DNA of 64,000 nucleotides from Candidatus Latescibacterota bacterium (GTDB lineage Bacteria; Latescibacterota; UBA2968; UBA8231): NCBI GenBank assembly GCA_965242865.1, contig CBDETK010000013.1, positions 2,880,001 to 2,944,000 of the forward strand, read 5' to 3'. Shown piece by piece: positions 45,520 to 55,795 of this stretch (position 1 is its first letter; each line of letters starts with the position of its first letter). The notes under the pieces were generated by a model. It saw only the letters and a program-made list of their open reading frames with translations, ran no database searches and was not told where the DNA came from. The position numbers and the translations under genes were made by a program.

Positions 45520-47712
45520 ATGCTGAAACTGCTCTCGACCTTTGCCGTCCTCTCGCTGGCGGCACCGCATCACCCCGGGGCACAGGGCCCTTCGACTATC
45601 CGCCAACAGCGGCTCGAACTGGACCGCACGGTCTGGTCGGATGAGCGTCTCGCCCAGCAGCACGAGGCCGTGTTTGTCGCCTTGTGGGATCGCCTGCGCG
45701 CGGCCGAGCAGGCCCGGCCGGTGCTGGCCGCTTTTCCCTTTGCTCAACTGCGGATCGGCACCCTACAGGACAGCGTCGAGCACGACTGGGGTATCACCGA
45801 AACGCACTACGGCGGCCCGCCGCGGACGCTCGACCCCGGGCAGTGGGCGGCCCTGCTCGAGCAATGGGAAGCAGAGGGCTTTGTTCTCGAACAATCCGAA
45901 TGGCACCACAAGCGGTTCACCCCGGCCGAGGTCGGGCCGGGCCGATCGTTAATAGAACTGAAACTACACGTCAAAAACCGGGCTAGGCGTCTAATCGTCA
46001 GCGGCGACCTGTCCGTCACTTACAACGAGCAGCAAGACGAGGCCGGGCACTATATACCCGCCACCATCGAGGCTGCGAATCTGACCCTGACCGACCGGCG
46101 CGCCGCCCCCGCTTTTGTCGCCTCGGCTGTCTTGGCGGACGACACCGCGCTCTCGCCCCTCATCGCCGCCGACCTCGACCGCGACAGTCTCGACGACTTG
46201 CTCGCGCTGGGCGCCAACCTGCTCTACCGCAACCAAGGTGGACGCTTTGCGCCCGAGCCGCTGTTGGCGCATCCGCCCCGGGGCGGCCGCATTGAAGTGG
46301 CGCTCTTGGCCGATTTTACCGGCGATGACGCTCCCGACCTAGTCGTCGGCGGTCCCGGGCAGCTCTTGGGCCTCTACGAGGGCGGCGAGGGCTTTGACCA
46401 ACCCGGCTTGGCCATTGCGACCCGGCCCCTGCAATACCCCGAAGCCATGAGCGCGGGCGACATCGACTCCGATGGCGACCTCGACCTGTGGGTCGGCCAG
46501 TACCGGCCGCCCTACCGCGAGGGCCAGATGCCTACGCCCTACTACGACGCCAACGACGGCTATCCCGCATACTTGCTGCGCAACGACGGGCGCGGCCGCT
46601 TTACCGACATCACGATCCGGGCGGGCCTCCAAGTCAAGCGCAAGCGGCGCACCTACAGCGGGTCCTTGGCCGACCTCGACGGCGACGGCGACCTCGACCT
46701 GCTCGTCGTCAGCGACTTCGCCGGCATTGACCTGTACCACAACGACGGCACCGGCACCTTTGCCGACATCACCGCTCAGGCCGTCAGCGAGGCATCGACC
46801 TTTGGCATGTCCCACGTCTTTGGCGACTACAACGCCGACGGCCGCCTCGACATGTACGTGGTGGGCATGAGTTCCACCACGGCGCGCCGCCTCGACTACC
46901 TCGGCCTCGGGCGGGAGGAGTACCCCGAGCACCAGCAGCAGCGCCGGGCTATGGGCTTTGGCAACCGGCTTTACCTCGGGCGCGAGGACGCCCGGTTCAG
47001 CATGGCCCCAAGCACGGAGCAAGTGGCGCGCACCGGGTGGTCTTGGGGCGTGGCCTCCGCGGACTTCGACAACGATGGCGACGACGAAATCTACGTGGCC
47101 AACGGCCACCTCAGCGGCGAGACCGCCCAAGACTACTGCACCACTTTCTGGACGCACGACATCTACACCGGCGGCTCGGAACCCAACCCGCAAATAGCCG
47201 AATTTTTCGACGAGACGATTGCGGACTGGAACAGCGCGGGCATCTCGTGGAACGGCTTTGAACACAACAAGCTCTACCTAAGCGGAGGAGGGCACTCCTT
47301 TGTCGAGGTCGGCTATCTGATGGGCGTGGCCTTTGAATTTGATGCGCGCACCGTGCTCGACATGGACGTAGATGGCGACGGGCGCGTGGACCTATTGGTC
47401 AGCGAGTGGGCCGGCACCCCGCGCCGCGAGCGGGTTCACGTCTTGCGCAATGTTTGGCCCGGCGCCAACAACTGGCTCGGCGTGCGCCTGCGAGGGGCCA
47501 TCGGCGCACGCATCACTCTGCACACGCCTCGCGGCAACCAGACCGAGTGGGTGTACACCGGGGAGTCCTTTGACGCGCAACGACCGCCGGTCCGCCATTT
47601 TGGCCTCGGCGGCAACGAGCAGGTTGACGCAATTGAAGTGCGGTGGGCCGACGGGCACGTGACGACCCTCGCCCAGCCGGCAATCAACCGCTATCACGAA
47701 CTGGAACCCTAG
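45520..47712 (+). CDS. CRTAC1/ASPIC-UnbV family FG-GAP repeat protein
   Basis: Signal peptide, repeated DxDxDGDLDL motifs, C-terminal HFGLG...EVRWADG. Confidence 0.9.
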   Translation: MLKLLSTFAVLSLAAPHHPGAQGPSTIRQQRLELDRTVWSDERLAQQHEAVFVALWDRLRAAEQARPVLAAFPFAQLRIGTLQDSVEHDWGITETHYGGPPRTLDPGQWAALLEQWEAEGFVLEQSEWHHKRFTPAEVGPGRSLIELKLHVKNRARRLIVSGDLSVTYNEQQDEAGHYIPATIEAANLTLTDRRAAPAFVASAVLADDTALSPLIAADLDRDSLDDLLALGANLLYRNQGGRFAPEPLLAHPPRGGRIEVALLADFTGDDAPDLVVGGPGQLLGLYEGGEGFDQPGLAIATRPLQYPEAMSAGDIDSDGDLDLWVGQYRPPYREGQMPTPYYDANDGYPAYLLRNDGRGRFTDITIRAGLQVKRKRRTYSGSLADLDGDGDLDLLVVSDFAGIDLYHNDGTGTFADITAQAVSEASTFGMSHVFGDYNADGRLDMYVVGMSSTTARRLDYLGLGREEYPEHQQQRRAMGFGNRLYLGREDARFSMAPSTEQVARTGWSWGVASADFDNDGDDEIYVANGHLSGETAQDYCTTFWTHDIYTGGSEPNPQIAEFFDETIADWNSAGISWNGFEHNKLYLSGGGHSFVEVGYLMGVAFEFDARTVLDMDVDGDGRVDLLVSEWAGTPRRERVHVLRNVWPGANNWLGVRLRGAIGARITLHTPRGNQTEWVYTGESFDAQRPPVRHFGLGGNEQVDAIEVRWADGHVTTLAQPAINRYHELEP

Positions 47713-47720
47713 TCCGTCCA

Positions 47721-49691
47721 ATGCGCCCATCCATTGGGCAAAACGCCCGCCCTTTCCTCGTTGCTAGCCGCTCCCCGCTACTCACCCTCTTTCTATTCTT
47801 CTTTTGCGCGGCCATGGCCGATGCACAACGAGCACCGTCCATCGTCGGCGTCCCCCCAGAGGTTTTGGACCCGCCTTGGCTGCAAAGCCGTCGCCAGAGC
47901 CAGCTCGCCGCGGCAAAGGGCTACGCGGTTTTTTGCGATTTCAGCTTCACTGACCGCCAGCCCACGAGCGGCATTGCCTTCCGCCACCGCATCGTCGATG
48001 ACTCGGGGCGGCACTACCGGCCCAATCACTACGACCACGGCAATGGGATTGCCTTGGCGGATGTCGATGGCGATGGGCGCACAGACCTCTACTTTGTCAA
48101 CCAAGCGGGCGGCAATGGGCTGTGGCGCAACGCGGGCCGCGGCCAATTCGCCGACATCACTGAGCGGGGCGGTGTGGCCCTCGCCGACCGCGTGGGCGTG
48201 ACCGCTTCCTTCGCCGATCTAGACAACGACGGAGCACCGGACCTGTACGTCACCAACGTGCGCGTGGGCAATGTTCTCTTTCGCAATCGAGGCGACGGGT
48301 GCTTTGCGAACATTTCCCCAGGGTCTGGCCTCGGGCACAAAGGACATTCTTCGGCCGCCCTCTTCTTCGACTACGACCGCGACGGGCAGCTCGACCTCTT
48401 TTTGACCAATGTTGGGCAGTACACCGAGCGCGGCGACCCGGTCGCGGTGATGGGCTTTGCGCCCGAGGAGCAACGGGATCAGTACCGCTATTACGTGGGC
48501 TTTAAGGACGCCTTTGCCGGGCACCTCAAGCCCGAGCGCACCGAGCCGAGCCTGCTCTTCCGCAATGCGGGCGCAAACCGCTTTGTCGATGTGACCGCAG
48601 CAGTGGGCATCAGCGCACGCGGTTGGTCCGGCGACGCAGTGCCGCTCGACGCCAACGAAGACGGCTGGCCAGACCTGTACGTGCTGAACATGCAGGGGCA
48701 CGACCAATACTACGAAAACGACCACGGCCAGCGCTTTATCGACAAGAGCCTAGCCGTCTTTCCGCACACGCCGTGGGGGGCCATGTCGGCCCAAATCCTC
48801 GACTTTGACAACGACGGCCACCAAGACCTCTACATCACCGACATGCACTCGGACATGAGCGAGGACATTGGGCCGGAGCGCGAAAAGAGCAAATCGCGCA
48901 TGCAGTGGAGCGAGAGTTTTCTCCGCTCGGGCGGGCGCAGCATCTACGGCAACGCCTTTTACCGCCGCCAAGCCGACGGCACTTACGCCGAGATCTCCGA
49001 CTCCATCGGCGCGGAAACCTACTGGCCTTGGGGGTTGAGCGCGGGCGACCTCAACGCCGATGGATACGAAGATGTCTTCATCACCGCCAGCATGAATTAC
49101 GCCTTCCGCTACGCCGTCAACGCCCTGTTGCTCAACGACCGCGGCCGGGGCTTTCTCCACGCCGAATTTGCCCTTGGCGCGGAGCCGCGCCGCGAAGGCC
49201 GCACGGCCATGCCTTGGTTTGCCTTAGATTGCGCTGGGGAATATGCCGCCCATCCCGACTGCGAGGGGCGCAGCGGCCCCCATGTCTTCTGGGGGGCGCT
49301 GGGATCGCGCGCAGCGGCCCTCGCGGACTTGGATGACGATGGCGACTTAGACATTGTCACCAATGAATTCAATGCGCCGCCGCTGCTGCTGCTGAGCGAT
49401 CTGAGCGACCAAAAAGCGGACCTCAACTTTCTCAAGGTCCGCCTCATCGGCACCCGCTCCAACCGCCATGGCCTCGGCGCGCTGGTCGAGGTTCACACCC
49501 GCACTCAAACGTACACCCGCCTGCACGACGGCAAGTCCGGCTATCTCTCCCAGAGCCTCTTGCCGCTCTATTTCGGACTTGGGCCGGCCCGCACCGTCGA
49601 GCGCGTCCAAGTGCAATGGCCTTCTGGCGTCGCGCAGATCGTCGCTGGCCCCATAGAGAGCAACCAGCTCCTCGAAATTAGGGAGCCGTAA
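47721..49691 (+). CDS. CRTAC1/ASPIC-UnbV family FG-GAP repeat protein
   Basis: Signal peptide, DxDxDG repeats, SNR.GLGA.V, SGYLSQS...YFGLG..VQWPSG. Confidence 0.9.
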   Translation: MRPSIGQNARPFLVASRSPLLTLFLFFFCAAMADAQRAPSIVGVPPEVLDPPWLQSRRQSQLAAAKGYAVFCDFSFTDRQPTSGIAFRHRIVDDSGRHYRPNHYDHGNGIALADVDGDGRTDLYFVNQAGGNGLWRNAGRGQFADITERGGVALADRVGVTASFADLDNDGAPDLYVTNVRVGNVLFRNRGDGCFANISPGSGLGHKGHSSAALFFDYDRDGQLDLFLTNVGQYTERGDPVAVMGFAPEEQRDQYRYYVGFKDAFAGHLKPERTEPSLLFRNAGANRFVDVTAAVGISARGWSGDAVPLDANEDGWPDLYVLNMQGHDQYYENDHGQRFIDKSLAVFPHTPWGAMSAQILDFDNDGHQDLYITDMHSDMSEDIGPEREKSKSRMQWSESFLRSGGRSIYGNAFYRRQADGTYAEISDSIGAETYWPWGLSAGDLNADGYEDVFITASMNYAFRYAVNALLLNDRGRGFLHAEFALGAEPRREGRTAMPWFALDCAGEYAAHPDCEGRSGPHVFWGALGSRAAALADLDDDGDLDIVTNEFNAPPLLLLSDLSDQKADLNFLKVRLIGTRSNRHGLGALVEVHTRTQTYTRLHDGKSGYLSQSLLPLYFGLGPARTVERVQVQWPSGVAQIVAGPIESNQLLEIREP

Positions 49692-49710
49692 GGGAAAGGA
49701 TACAGAGTGG

Positions 49711-50235
49711 TTAGATAGGACTGAGAACTCTTTGCAGAGATTTAGTCGCGAGGTCTTGGATTGCTATGGCAAGATTAACTTCCATGTTTGTTTTTGCAAC
49801 ATCTATTAACGCTTCATCAATTTCGTATTTTCTATTTTCATTCATCCAGACCAAAATCTGAGATAGGTGCCATATTGTCGGTTTGCCAGTGCGTACTGGT
49901 GCAGGAAAGGTTGCACCAGCGCGAATCGTGAGTTGGCGCATGTTCTGTCGAGTGCAACCCAATAGATCGGCAGTCTCTGTCAGCCCGACAAGGTCGGGAG
50001 CGGCTTCTATCAGTCTCGCATTGGGAAGCACTCTGCGAACATCTTCTATGGCACTTGAGATCGCTTCATAAGCAGACGTCGCTTCCCGAGTAAAGCTGAG
50101 CGCAATACGTCCGCGTTGACCAATGCCGATCAAGGCATCGGCGCATCCATTCCTACCCAATAATTCGACGTATTCCTGCGGATCAGCTTGTGCGTTTTGC
50201 AAGCTGAATTTCAAGGTAAACTCGTACTCGGTCAT
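49711..50235 (-). CDS. Putative antitoxin/DNA-binding protein (HicB-like N-domain plus AlpA/excisionase-type HTH)
   Basis: YEFTLKF...GCADALIGIG..G...L.F.REA...APDLVGLTE.ADLLG.TRQNMR...FPAPV. Confidence 0.75.
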   Translation of the reverse strand: MTEYEFTLKFSLQNAQADPQEYVELLGRNGCADALIGIGQRGRIALSFTREATSAYEAISSAIEDVRRVLPNARLIEAAPDLVGLTETADLLGCTRQNMRQLTIRAGATFPAPVRTGKPTIWHLSQILVWMNENRKYEIDEALIDVAKTNMEVNLAIAIQDLATKSLQRVLSPI

Positions 50236-50237
50236 TT

Positions 50238-50337
50238 TCAGTTCTCGTCGTTTTCGTTCATGGTGCGAGCAGTGCAACGGTTGACGACTCGGCGAATCTG
50301 TTTGGATTTCTCGTTTGGGATGAGCTCTTCTCGACAC
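50238..50337 (-). pseudogene. Internally deleted HicA-like toxin gene remnant
   Basis: GTG-SRRAHPKREI in one frame joined to KQIRRVVNRC...* in another frame, immediately upstream of the antitoxin. Confidence 0.6.
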
Positions 50338-50425
50338 TGAGATACACTTTTTACAAAAATATGGAAGGAAGTCTGTTGGTTGTCAAATGACAACCTGTGT
50401 TGGCCTAGTTCACAAGCTGTCGCCA

Positions 50426-52924
50426 TCAACGTCCCATTCTCCTAATCCCGCGCAGCGCACCGCGCTCTCCCGGGTCTATTTCTCGCGCCCGCGCAAAGGC
50501 CGCCGCGGCGTGCGCTCCATCTTTTTCGAGTAGGGCAATCGTTCCGAGCACGGTGTGCCGGCGGGCGGCAAAACGCCGCTCGAGCGTTTGGACAACCTCT
50601 GGGGGCGTGGCTGCCGATAGGTAGGGGCGCGGGTTGGTAACTAGGTGCTCAACCAAGCTCTTGAGCACGGGGAGGCCACCGCTGGTGCCGCGGCGGCCGC
50701 GGTCGGTAAAGCTGATGTACGGGCGGTCGTCTGTGTTGATCGGCCCGCTGCCCGCGTAGGCGGCTAGCTCCTTTTCGCCCAAGACGAAGGTACTCAAAAA
50801 AGAGGGCGGATCGCCCAGATCCACCGAGCGCAAATTCACCCGCACCCCTAGCGGCTCTAGCTTGCGTTCGAGCGCAACGTAGTCTAGGTGCAATGCGCCC
50901 GGCGTGCCCAACAGGATCGAGTACTGGTGGGTCAGCCACAGCGAAGCGTGCGGATACACGGCCCGGAAAGTTCGCAGAATCATCTTGTAGTCCTCCACCG
51001 CCAGCCCGTGCAGCGGCAGCCACTGCGCTACCAGTCCGTCCGCGCCGACGCGCCCGCGGCAGAGCCGGTAGAACTCCTCCGTATAGAGCACCCAGCTATC
51101 GGCCGTGCCCGGATGCGTGGCGTCGCAGATGATGACGTCGTATTGCCGCTGCGAGCGGAGTACATGGTTGCGGCCGTCCTCGGCGATCAGTTCGATGGGG
51201 GCTTGGCCGAGGCGGGTCGCGATCTGGCGGTTGTAGCGAGCGAAATAGGGCGCGGCTCGCGGGACGCCCGGCACCAATTCGGCGCAATCGAGTCGCACTA
51301 ACTGGTGCAATTCGGCGGCGGACAGCGTGATACCACCGCCAAAAGCAATGACCAGCACTTCGGCTGGGTCGGGGTGCAAAACGAGCGGCAAGTGCCCCAG
51401 CAAGCGGAAGGTCTGTAGCGAGGCGTAGTCCGTGGGGACCTCGCCGCCCCCGTTGACCTTGAGAATCCGCACCCCGTCCTGCTTCTGGTGGACCGAGACG
51501 GTGGCACCAGCCCCCTCGTCCCAGTAGAGCAAGCGGCTGTTTGGCTCAGACCAGTGGAACAACTCGACGAAGAGGCCAGCCGGCAAGAGCAACGTCAAGG
51601 CCAAGCCCAAAGCCAAGCCACAGGTCGCCCGCCCGGCCTTTTTGCGCGGCCGGGCCGCTGGATCCAGCACCAAAATCACCGCGCCAATGGCGATATTGAT
51701 CCACGCCAACACCTCGATGCTCCGGTAGGTGCCCAGCAGAGGCAGCAGCACAAACCCGGCGACCAGTGCGCCGACAATGGCCCCCAGCGTATTAGCGGCG
51801 TACACCATGCCGACGCCGCGCCCTAGCTGCTCAATCCGCAGAATGCACACCTTGGCCGCAATGGGGAAGAGCAGCCCCATCAGCAGGGTCGCTGGGAGCA
51901 TTACGACGAAGGCCGCGACGAACAGCTTGGACAGATGGCCCTCCCACGAGAGGGCACCCCCCCACGCCTCGACGATATAGGGGATGCTGCCAAAGGCGGC
52001 AATCGAGCTCAAGCCGCACCCCCCGATGAGCAACTCGACCGCGCCAAAGACCGCAAGCGGTGTGCGCCAGCGATCGATCCAGTGCGCTCCGAGCGCGGCT
52101 CCACCCGCCAATCCGAGCAGGAAGGCGACGAGGATTGTGCTCAGGCTTTGGGCAGTGGCACTTTGCAACAGCAGCGCCAAAAGCCGCGTCCACAGCACCT
52201 CGTATCCGAGGGCCACAAACCCCGAAAGCGCGAATCCCCCCAAGACCAGCCGACTCTCTAAGGTGGCTGGTGCGGCATCCCGCTCTACGCCCGGCTGCTC
52301 CTGCGGGCCATCGCGGCTCCAGCCATAGGCGACTAAGGCGATGAGCAGGTTGCTGGCCGCGGCCGCGTAGGTAGTGCCGCGGACTCCGAGGTGTTCGAGC
52401 GCGAAAAAGGCGGCCACCGCGCATCCTGTGGCCGCGCCTAGGGTATTGGCCGCGTATAGGCGTCCCATATCCCCGCCGACGCGCCCTAGACGATGCGCCA
52501 CAGCTTTGCTCAGCGTCGGCAGGGTGGCCCCCATGAGGGTCGTCGGCACCAGCAGCAGTGCGAACGCGAGCAGCAAGCGGACCAGCACAAAGGCTCCGTC
52601 TATACCTTGCAAAGAGCCGTATAGTGCCGTGTACACCTCGTCTAAGCCCGCGAGCAAAAGCGGGAATATCAGCGCGAAGACCCCTATGCCCAGTTCCAAC
52701 AGCGCGTAGAGCCGCAAGCCGTTGCCGCGGCGGTCGGCTATCCGTCCACACCAATAGCTGCCTAGGGCGAGACCGGCCATGAAGGCGGCTAGGACCGTGC
52801 TGACGGCAAAGGTGCTGACGCCGAATACGGGCATCAACATCCGCACCCAGACGACTTGATAGACAAGGGAGTTGGCTCCAGAACAAAAGAACAGGAGCAG
52901 CAGGGCTAGGGGGGGGTTGCTCAC
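50426..52924 (-). CDS. Fused MFS-like membrane domain / spermidine synthase-like protein
   Basis: SG...LVYQVVW.R, YAANTLGA repeats, VLVIAFGGG, EDGRNH and YDVIICD motifs. Confidence 0.9.
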   Translation of the reverse strand: MSNPPLALLLLFFCSGANSLVYQVVWVRMLMPVFGVSTFAVSTVLAAFMAGLALGSYWCGRIADRRGNGLRLYALLELGIGVFALIFPLLLAGLDEVYTALYGSLQGIDGAFVLVRLLLAFALLLVPTTLMGATLPTLSKAVAHRLGRVGGDMGRLYAANTLGAATGCAVAAFFALEHLGVRGTTYAAAASNLLIALVAYGWSRDGPQEQPGVERDAAPATLESRLVLGGFALSGFVALGYEVLWTRLLALLLQSATAQSLSTILVAFLLGLAGGAALGAHWIDRWRTPLAVFGAVELLIGGCGLSSIAAFGSIPYIVEAWGGALSWEGHLSKLFVAAFVVMLPATLLMGLLFPIAAKVCILRIEQLGRGVGMVYAANTLGAIVGALVAGFVLLPLLGTYRSIEVLAWINIAIGAVILVLDPAARPRKKAGRATCGLALGLALTLLLPAGLFVELFHWSEPNSRLLYWDEGAGATVSVHQKQDGVRILKVNGGGEVPTDYASLQTFRLLGHLPLVLHPDPAEVLVIAFGGGITLSAAELHQLVRLDCAELVPGVPRAAPYFARYNRQIATRLGQAPIELIAEDGRNHVLRSQRQYDVIICDATHPGTADSWVLYTEEFYRLCRGRVGADGLVAQWLPLHGLAVEDYKMILRTFRAVYPHASLWLTHQYSILLGTPGALHLDYVALERKLEPLGVRVNLRSVDLGDPPSFLSTFVLGEKELAAYAGSGPINTDDRPYISFTDRGRRGTSGGLPVLKSLVEHLVTNPRPYLSAATPPEVVQTLERRFAARRHTVLGTIALLEKDGAHAAAAFARAREIDPGERGALRGIRRMGR

Positions 52925-52963
52925 GGCCGACTCTTTAGTATGGCAAGGGGCAGATTGCTTTTA

Positions 52964-53292
52964 AGAAGCTGTCTGAAAACTATATTTTGCCTCGATAGCC
53001 GCCAGTGCCCCACAGTTTGCGTAACCGAGGTATGCCGGCACCCGATAGCGGGTCAACCCTTGCTTCAAGCCCGCCCGGTCTTCGACATCGGCGGCGGTGA
53101 CCCCGACCTGTCGAAGCAAGCCCAAGGAGTCGACCAACAATACCCTTGACGATCGGGCGACGATCGCACGGCGACCGATCCGGACCGGTGGGACGCCAAA
53201 TCGGAGCCGGCCGTAACGGTTCGAGCAGCGGCCATTGCGCATCGGTTACATCGGTGGCATATTGACCGCTCGGCGTACTCATTATTACTCAT
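52964..53292 (-). mobile_element. IS5-family transposase remnant with one terminal inverted repeat
   Basis: Fragments YATDVTDAQWPLLEP and LLVDSLGLL..V.VTAADVEDR in different frames; end AGAAGCTGTCTGAAAA next to TTA. Confidence 0.75.
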
Positions 53293-53570
53293 AATCGCGT
53301 ATGTACTCCAAACGATAAACCTATCAAAGCCCGAGGCACGGCGGGCCTAAATAGCAACCCGGTTCGTTATGGTATTTTCGCATCGCCGGAAACAGAAGCG
53401 GCGTTCATCCCAAAGGATATTCGCGCCGTGGTCTTAGCTCTGCGGAGTGCGTGGTTTTGGGGCGAACCGCGAAATTGATTGAGCGTGTAGCAGGTGCTCT
53501 ACGTGATGCCAGTTATAAAGCATATCTATCCATCTCAGTTCTTGGCCGAGATGGGCATAGGAGGCGACAA

Positions 53571-54614
53571 ATGACGTGTCGGCTTCCGGCCTCCGGTACG
53601 CCCCCTCCCCTCCTCGATGTCCACGACCTGAGCGTCCGCATCGCCCGCGACGAGGGCGTGGTGCGGCCGCTCAACGGCGTCAGTTTCCGCATCAACGCCG
53701 GCCAAGCCGTGGGCATCGTCGGCGAAAGCGGGTGCGGCAAGACCATGACGTCCAACGCCCTGCTGCAAATTTTGCCGCCGGCCGCCGAGATTACCAGCGG
53801 CCACATCCGCTACCGACGCAAGCTGGACGAGCGCGAGCTCGACCTCGCCGCACTCGCCGCGCACAGCGACGAGATGCACCAGATCCGCGGCGGCGACATT
53901 TCCATGATCTTCCAAGAGCCTATGACGGCGTTCTCGCCGGTTCACACGATTGGCAACCAGATCGCCGAGATGATCCAGCTCCACGACGAGCTGTCCTCAG
54001 AAGCAACGCGGCAGCGGGTCGTGGAGTTGTTGCACTTGGTCGGCATCCCCGAGCCGCAGGACCGCGCGGCCGATTATCCCTTCCAGCTTTCGGGCGGGAT
54101 GCGCCAGCGGGCGATGATCGCCATGGCGCTGGCGAGCAACCCGCGGCTGTTGATCGCCGACGAGCCGACTACGGCCCTCGACGTGACCGTGCAGGCGCGA
54201 GTGCTCAAGCTGATCCAGCGGCTCCAGCGCGAGTTGGGGTTGGCGCTCATGCTGATTACCCACGATTTAGGCGTGATCGCGCACACAGTTGAGTACGTCT
54301 ATGTGATGTACCTGGGGCGGATCGTCGAAGAGGGGCCAGTCGCCGCAATTTTTGACCGCCCGGCACACCCTTATACGGCGGCCCTGTTGCAATCCATCCC
54401 CAGCCTGACCGGCAGACGCCGGCGCGTCGAGCCGATTGAGGGCAGCGTTCCCAGCGCGTACGCCCTGCCCGCAGGATGCCCCTTCCACACCCGCTGCGCG
54501 AAAAAGGTCGGTCCTATCTGCGAGCAGCACATGCCGGCGGCGGTCGAAATGGGGCCGCACCACCGCGCCCGTTGTTTCATCCACACCCAAGAAGGGGACG
54601 CGCCCCATGCCTAA
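53571..54614 (+). CDS. Oligopeptide/dipeptide ABC transporter ATP-binding protein (OppD/DppD-like)
   Basis: [29 protein letters not shown] and C-terminal Cys cluster. Confidence 0.93.
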   Translation: MTCRLPASGTPPPLLDVHDLSVRIARDEGVVRPLNGVSFRINAGQAVGIVGESGCGKTMTSNALLQILPPAAEITSGHIRYRRKLDERELDLAALAAHSDEMHQIRGGDISMIFQEPMTAFSPVHTIGNQIAEMIQLHDELSSEATRQRVVELLHLVGIPEPQDRAADYPFQLSGGMRQRAMIAMALASNPRLLIADEPTTALDVTVQARVLKLIQRLQRELGLALMLITHDLGVIAHTVEYVYVMYLGRIVEEGPVAAIFDRPAHPYTAALLQSIPSLTGRRRRVEPIEGSVPSAYALPAGCPFHTRCAKKVGPICEQHMPAAVEMGPHHRARCFIHTQEGDAPHA

Positions 54615-55629
54615 AGCAGCCGCAGACGTCCTCCTGCAAGTGCGGGAGTTAAAAAAGTACTTTCCCGTGCGCCGGGGGCTTTTACAGCGGCAGACGGGTT
54701 GGGTAAAGGCCGTGGATGGCGTGAGCTTCGCGCTCGCCGAGGGCAAAATTTTGGGGCTGGTTGGCGAGAGCGGGTGCGGCAAGACCACCACCGGGCGGGT
54801 AATTCTCCGCGCCCTAGACCCAACCGCCGGGGCGGTCCTCTTTCGGCAACAGAGCGGGGAGGTCGTCGATATGGCCCAGCTCGGCCGCCGCCAAGTCGTT
54901 CAAGCTCGCCGGCAGATGCAGATGATTTTCCAAGACCCGTACTCGTCGCTAAACCCGCGAATGCCGGTGCGCGACCTAATCGCCGAACCGCTCCGGGCGT
55001 ATGGCTGGTCCGCGCACGACAGCCACGAGCGCGTGCGCGACCTGATGGAGCGGGTCGGGCTAGACCCCCGATATGCGCGTCGCTATCCGCATGCGTTCTC
55101 GGGCGGCCAGCGGCAGCGCATCGGCATTGCCCGCGCCTTGGCCTTGAGCCCGTCGCTCATCGTCGCCGACGAACCCGTCTCCGCGCTCGACGTCAGCGTG
55201 CAAGCGCAGATTCTCAACTTGCTCCGCCAACTGCGGGCCGACCTCGACCTCACCTTGCTCTTTATTGCCCACGACCTGAGCGTGGTGCGCTATCTCTGCG
55301 ACGAAGTGGCCGTCATGTACCAAGGCCGGATCGTGGAACAAGCCGCCACCGAAACCCTCTTTACCCAACCCCAGCACCCCTATACGGCCGTATTGCTTGA
55401 GGCCGCGCCCGCGCCCGATCCCCACGCCTCGTGGATGGAGGACGACGAAGACGTCAGCGAGGCCGGGGAACCAACGCCGGCCGGCGACCCAGGATGTGCG
55501 TTCGCGCCGCGCTGCCGCTACAAAAGCGAGTTGTGCATCGAGCAAAGGCCGGTGCTGGAGGGCGAATCGCATCGGGCCGCCTGCCACCACAAACGCACGC
55601 TCGAACTAAAGGGAATTGACCCGGCTTAG
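54607..55629 (+). CDS. Oligopeptide/dipeptide ABC transporter ATP-binding protein (OppF/DppF-like)
   Basis: [34 protein letters not shown]. Confidence 0.93.
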   Translation: MPKAAADVLLQVRELKKYFPVRRGLLQRQTGWVKAVDGVSFALAEGKILGLVGESGCGKTTTGRVILRALDPTAGAVLFRQQSGEVVDMAQLGRRQVVQARRQMQMIFQDPYSSLNPRMPVRDLIAEPLRAYGWSAHDSHERVRDLMERVGLDPRYARRYPHAFSGGQRQRIGIARALALSPSLIVADEPVSALDVSVQAQILNLLRQLRADLDLTLLFIAHDLSVVRYLCDEVAVMYQGRIVEQAATETLFTQPQHPYTAVLLEAAPAPDPHASWMEDDEDVSEAGEPTPAGDPGCAFAPRCRYKSELCIEQRPVLEGESHRAACHHKRTLELKGIDPA

Positions 55630-55664
55630 AAGGCCGGTTCCCACGGCTCCCGCGAAAATTTCCA

Positions 55665-55693
55665 TTGACAAGAAATTGGCAATAGCATATCCT
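55665..55693 (+). promoter_or_regulatory. Sigma70 promoter in an AT-rich leader of the iron-uptake-like operon
   Basis: TTGACA (55665-55670), 17 bp, TATCCT (55688-55693); weak Fur-like GATAAC/ATAATCAT elements downstream. Confidence 0.55.
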
Positions 55694-55795
55694 ATACGGG
55701 TGTTTGACATATAAAACAAATGGTTATATTAGATAACATTATTTTTATATAATAATCATCTGTGTTGTCTGTATAACTAAACCCCCCGAGGCCGG

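Noticed and set aside
55731-55760. Canonical 19-bp Fur box
   Set aside because: Best by-eye match is only about 10 of 19 in AT-rich DNA; kept as a weak hint only
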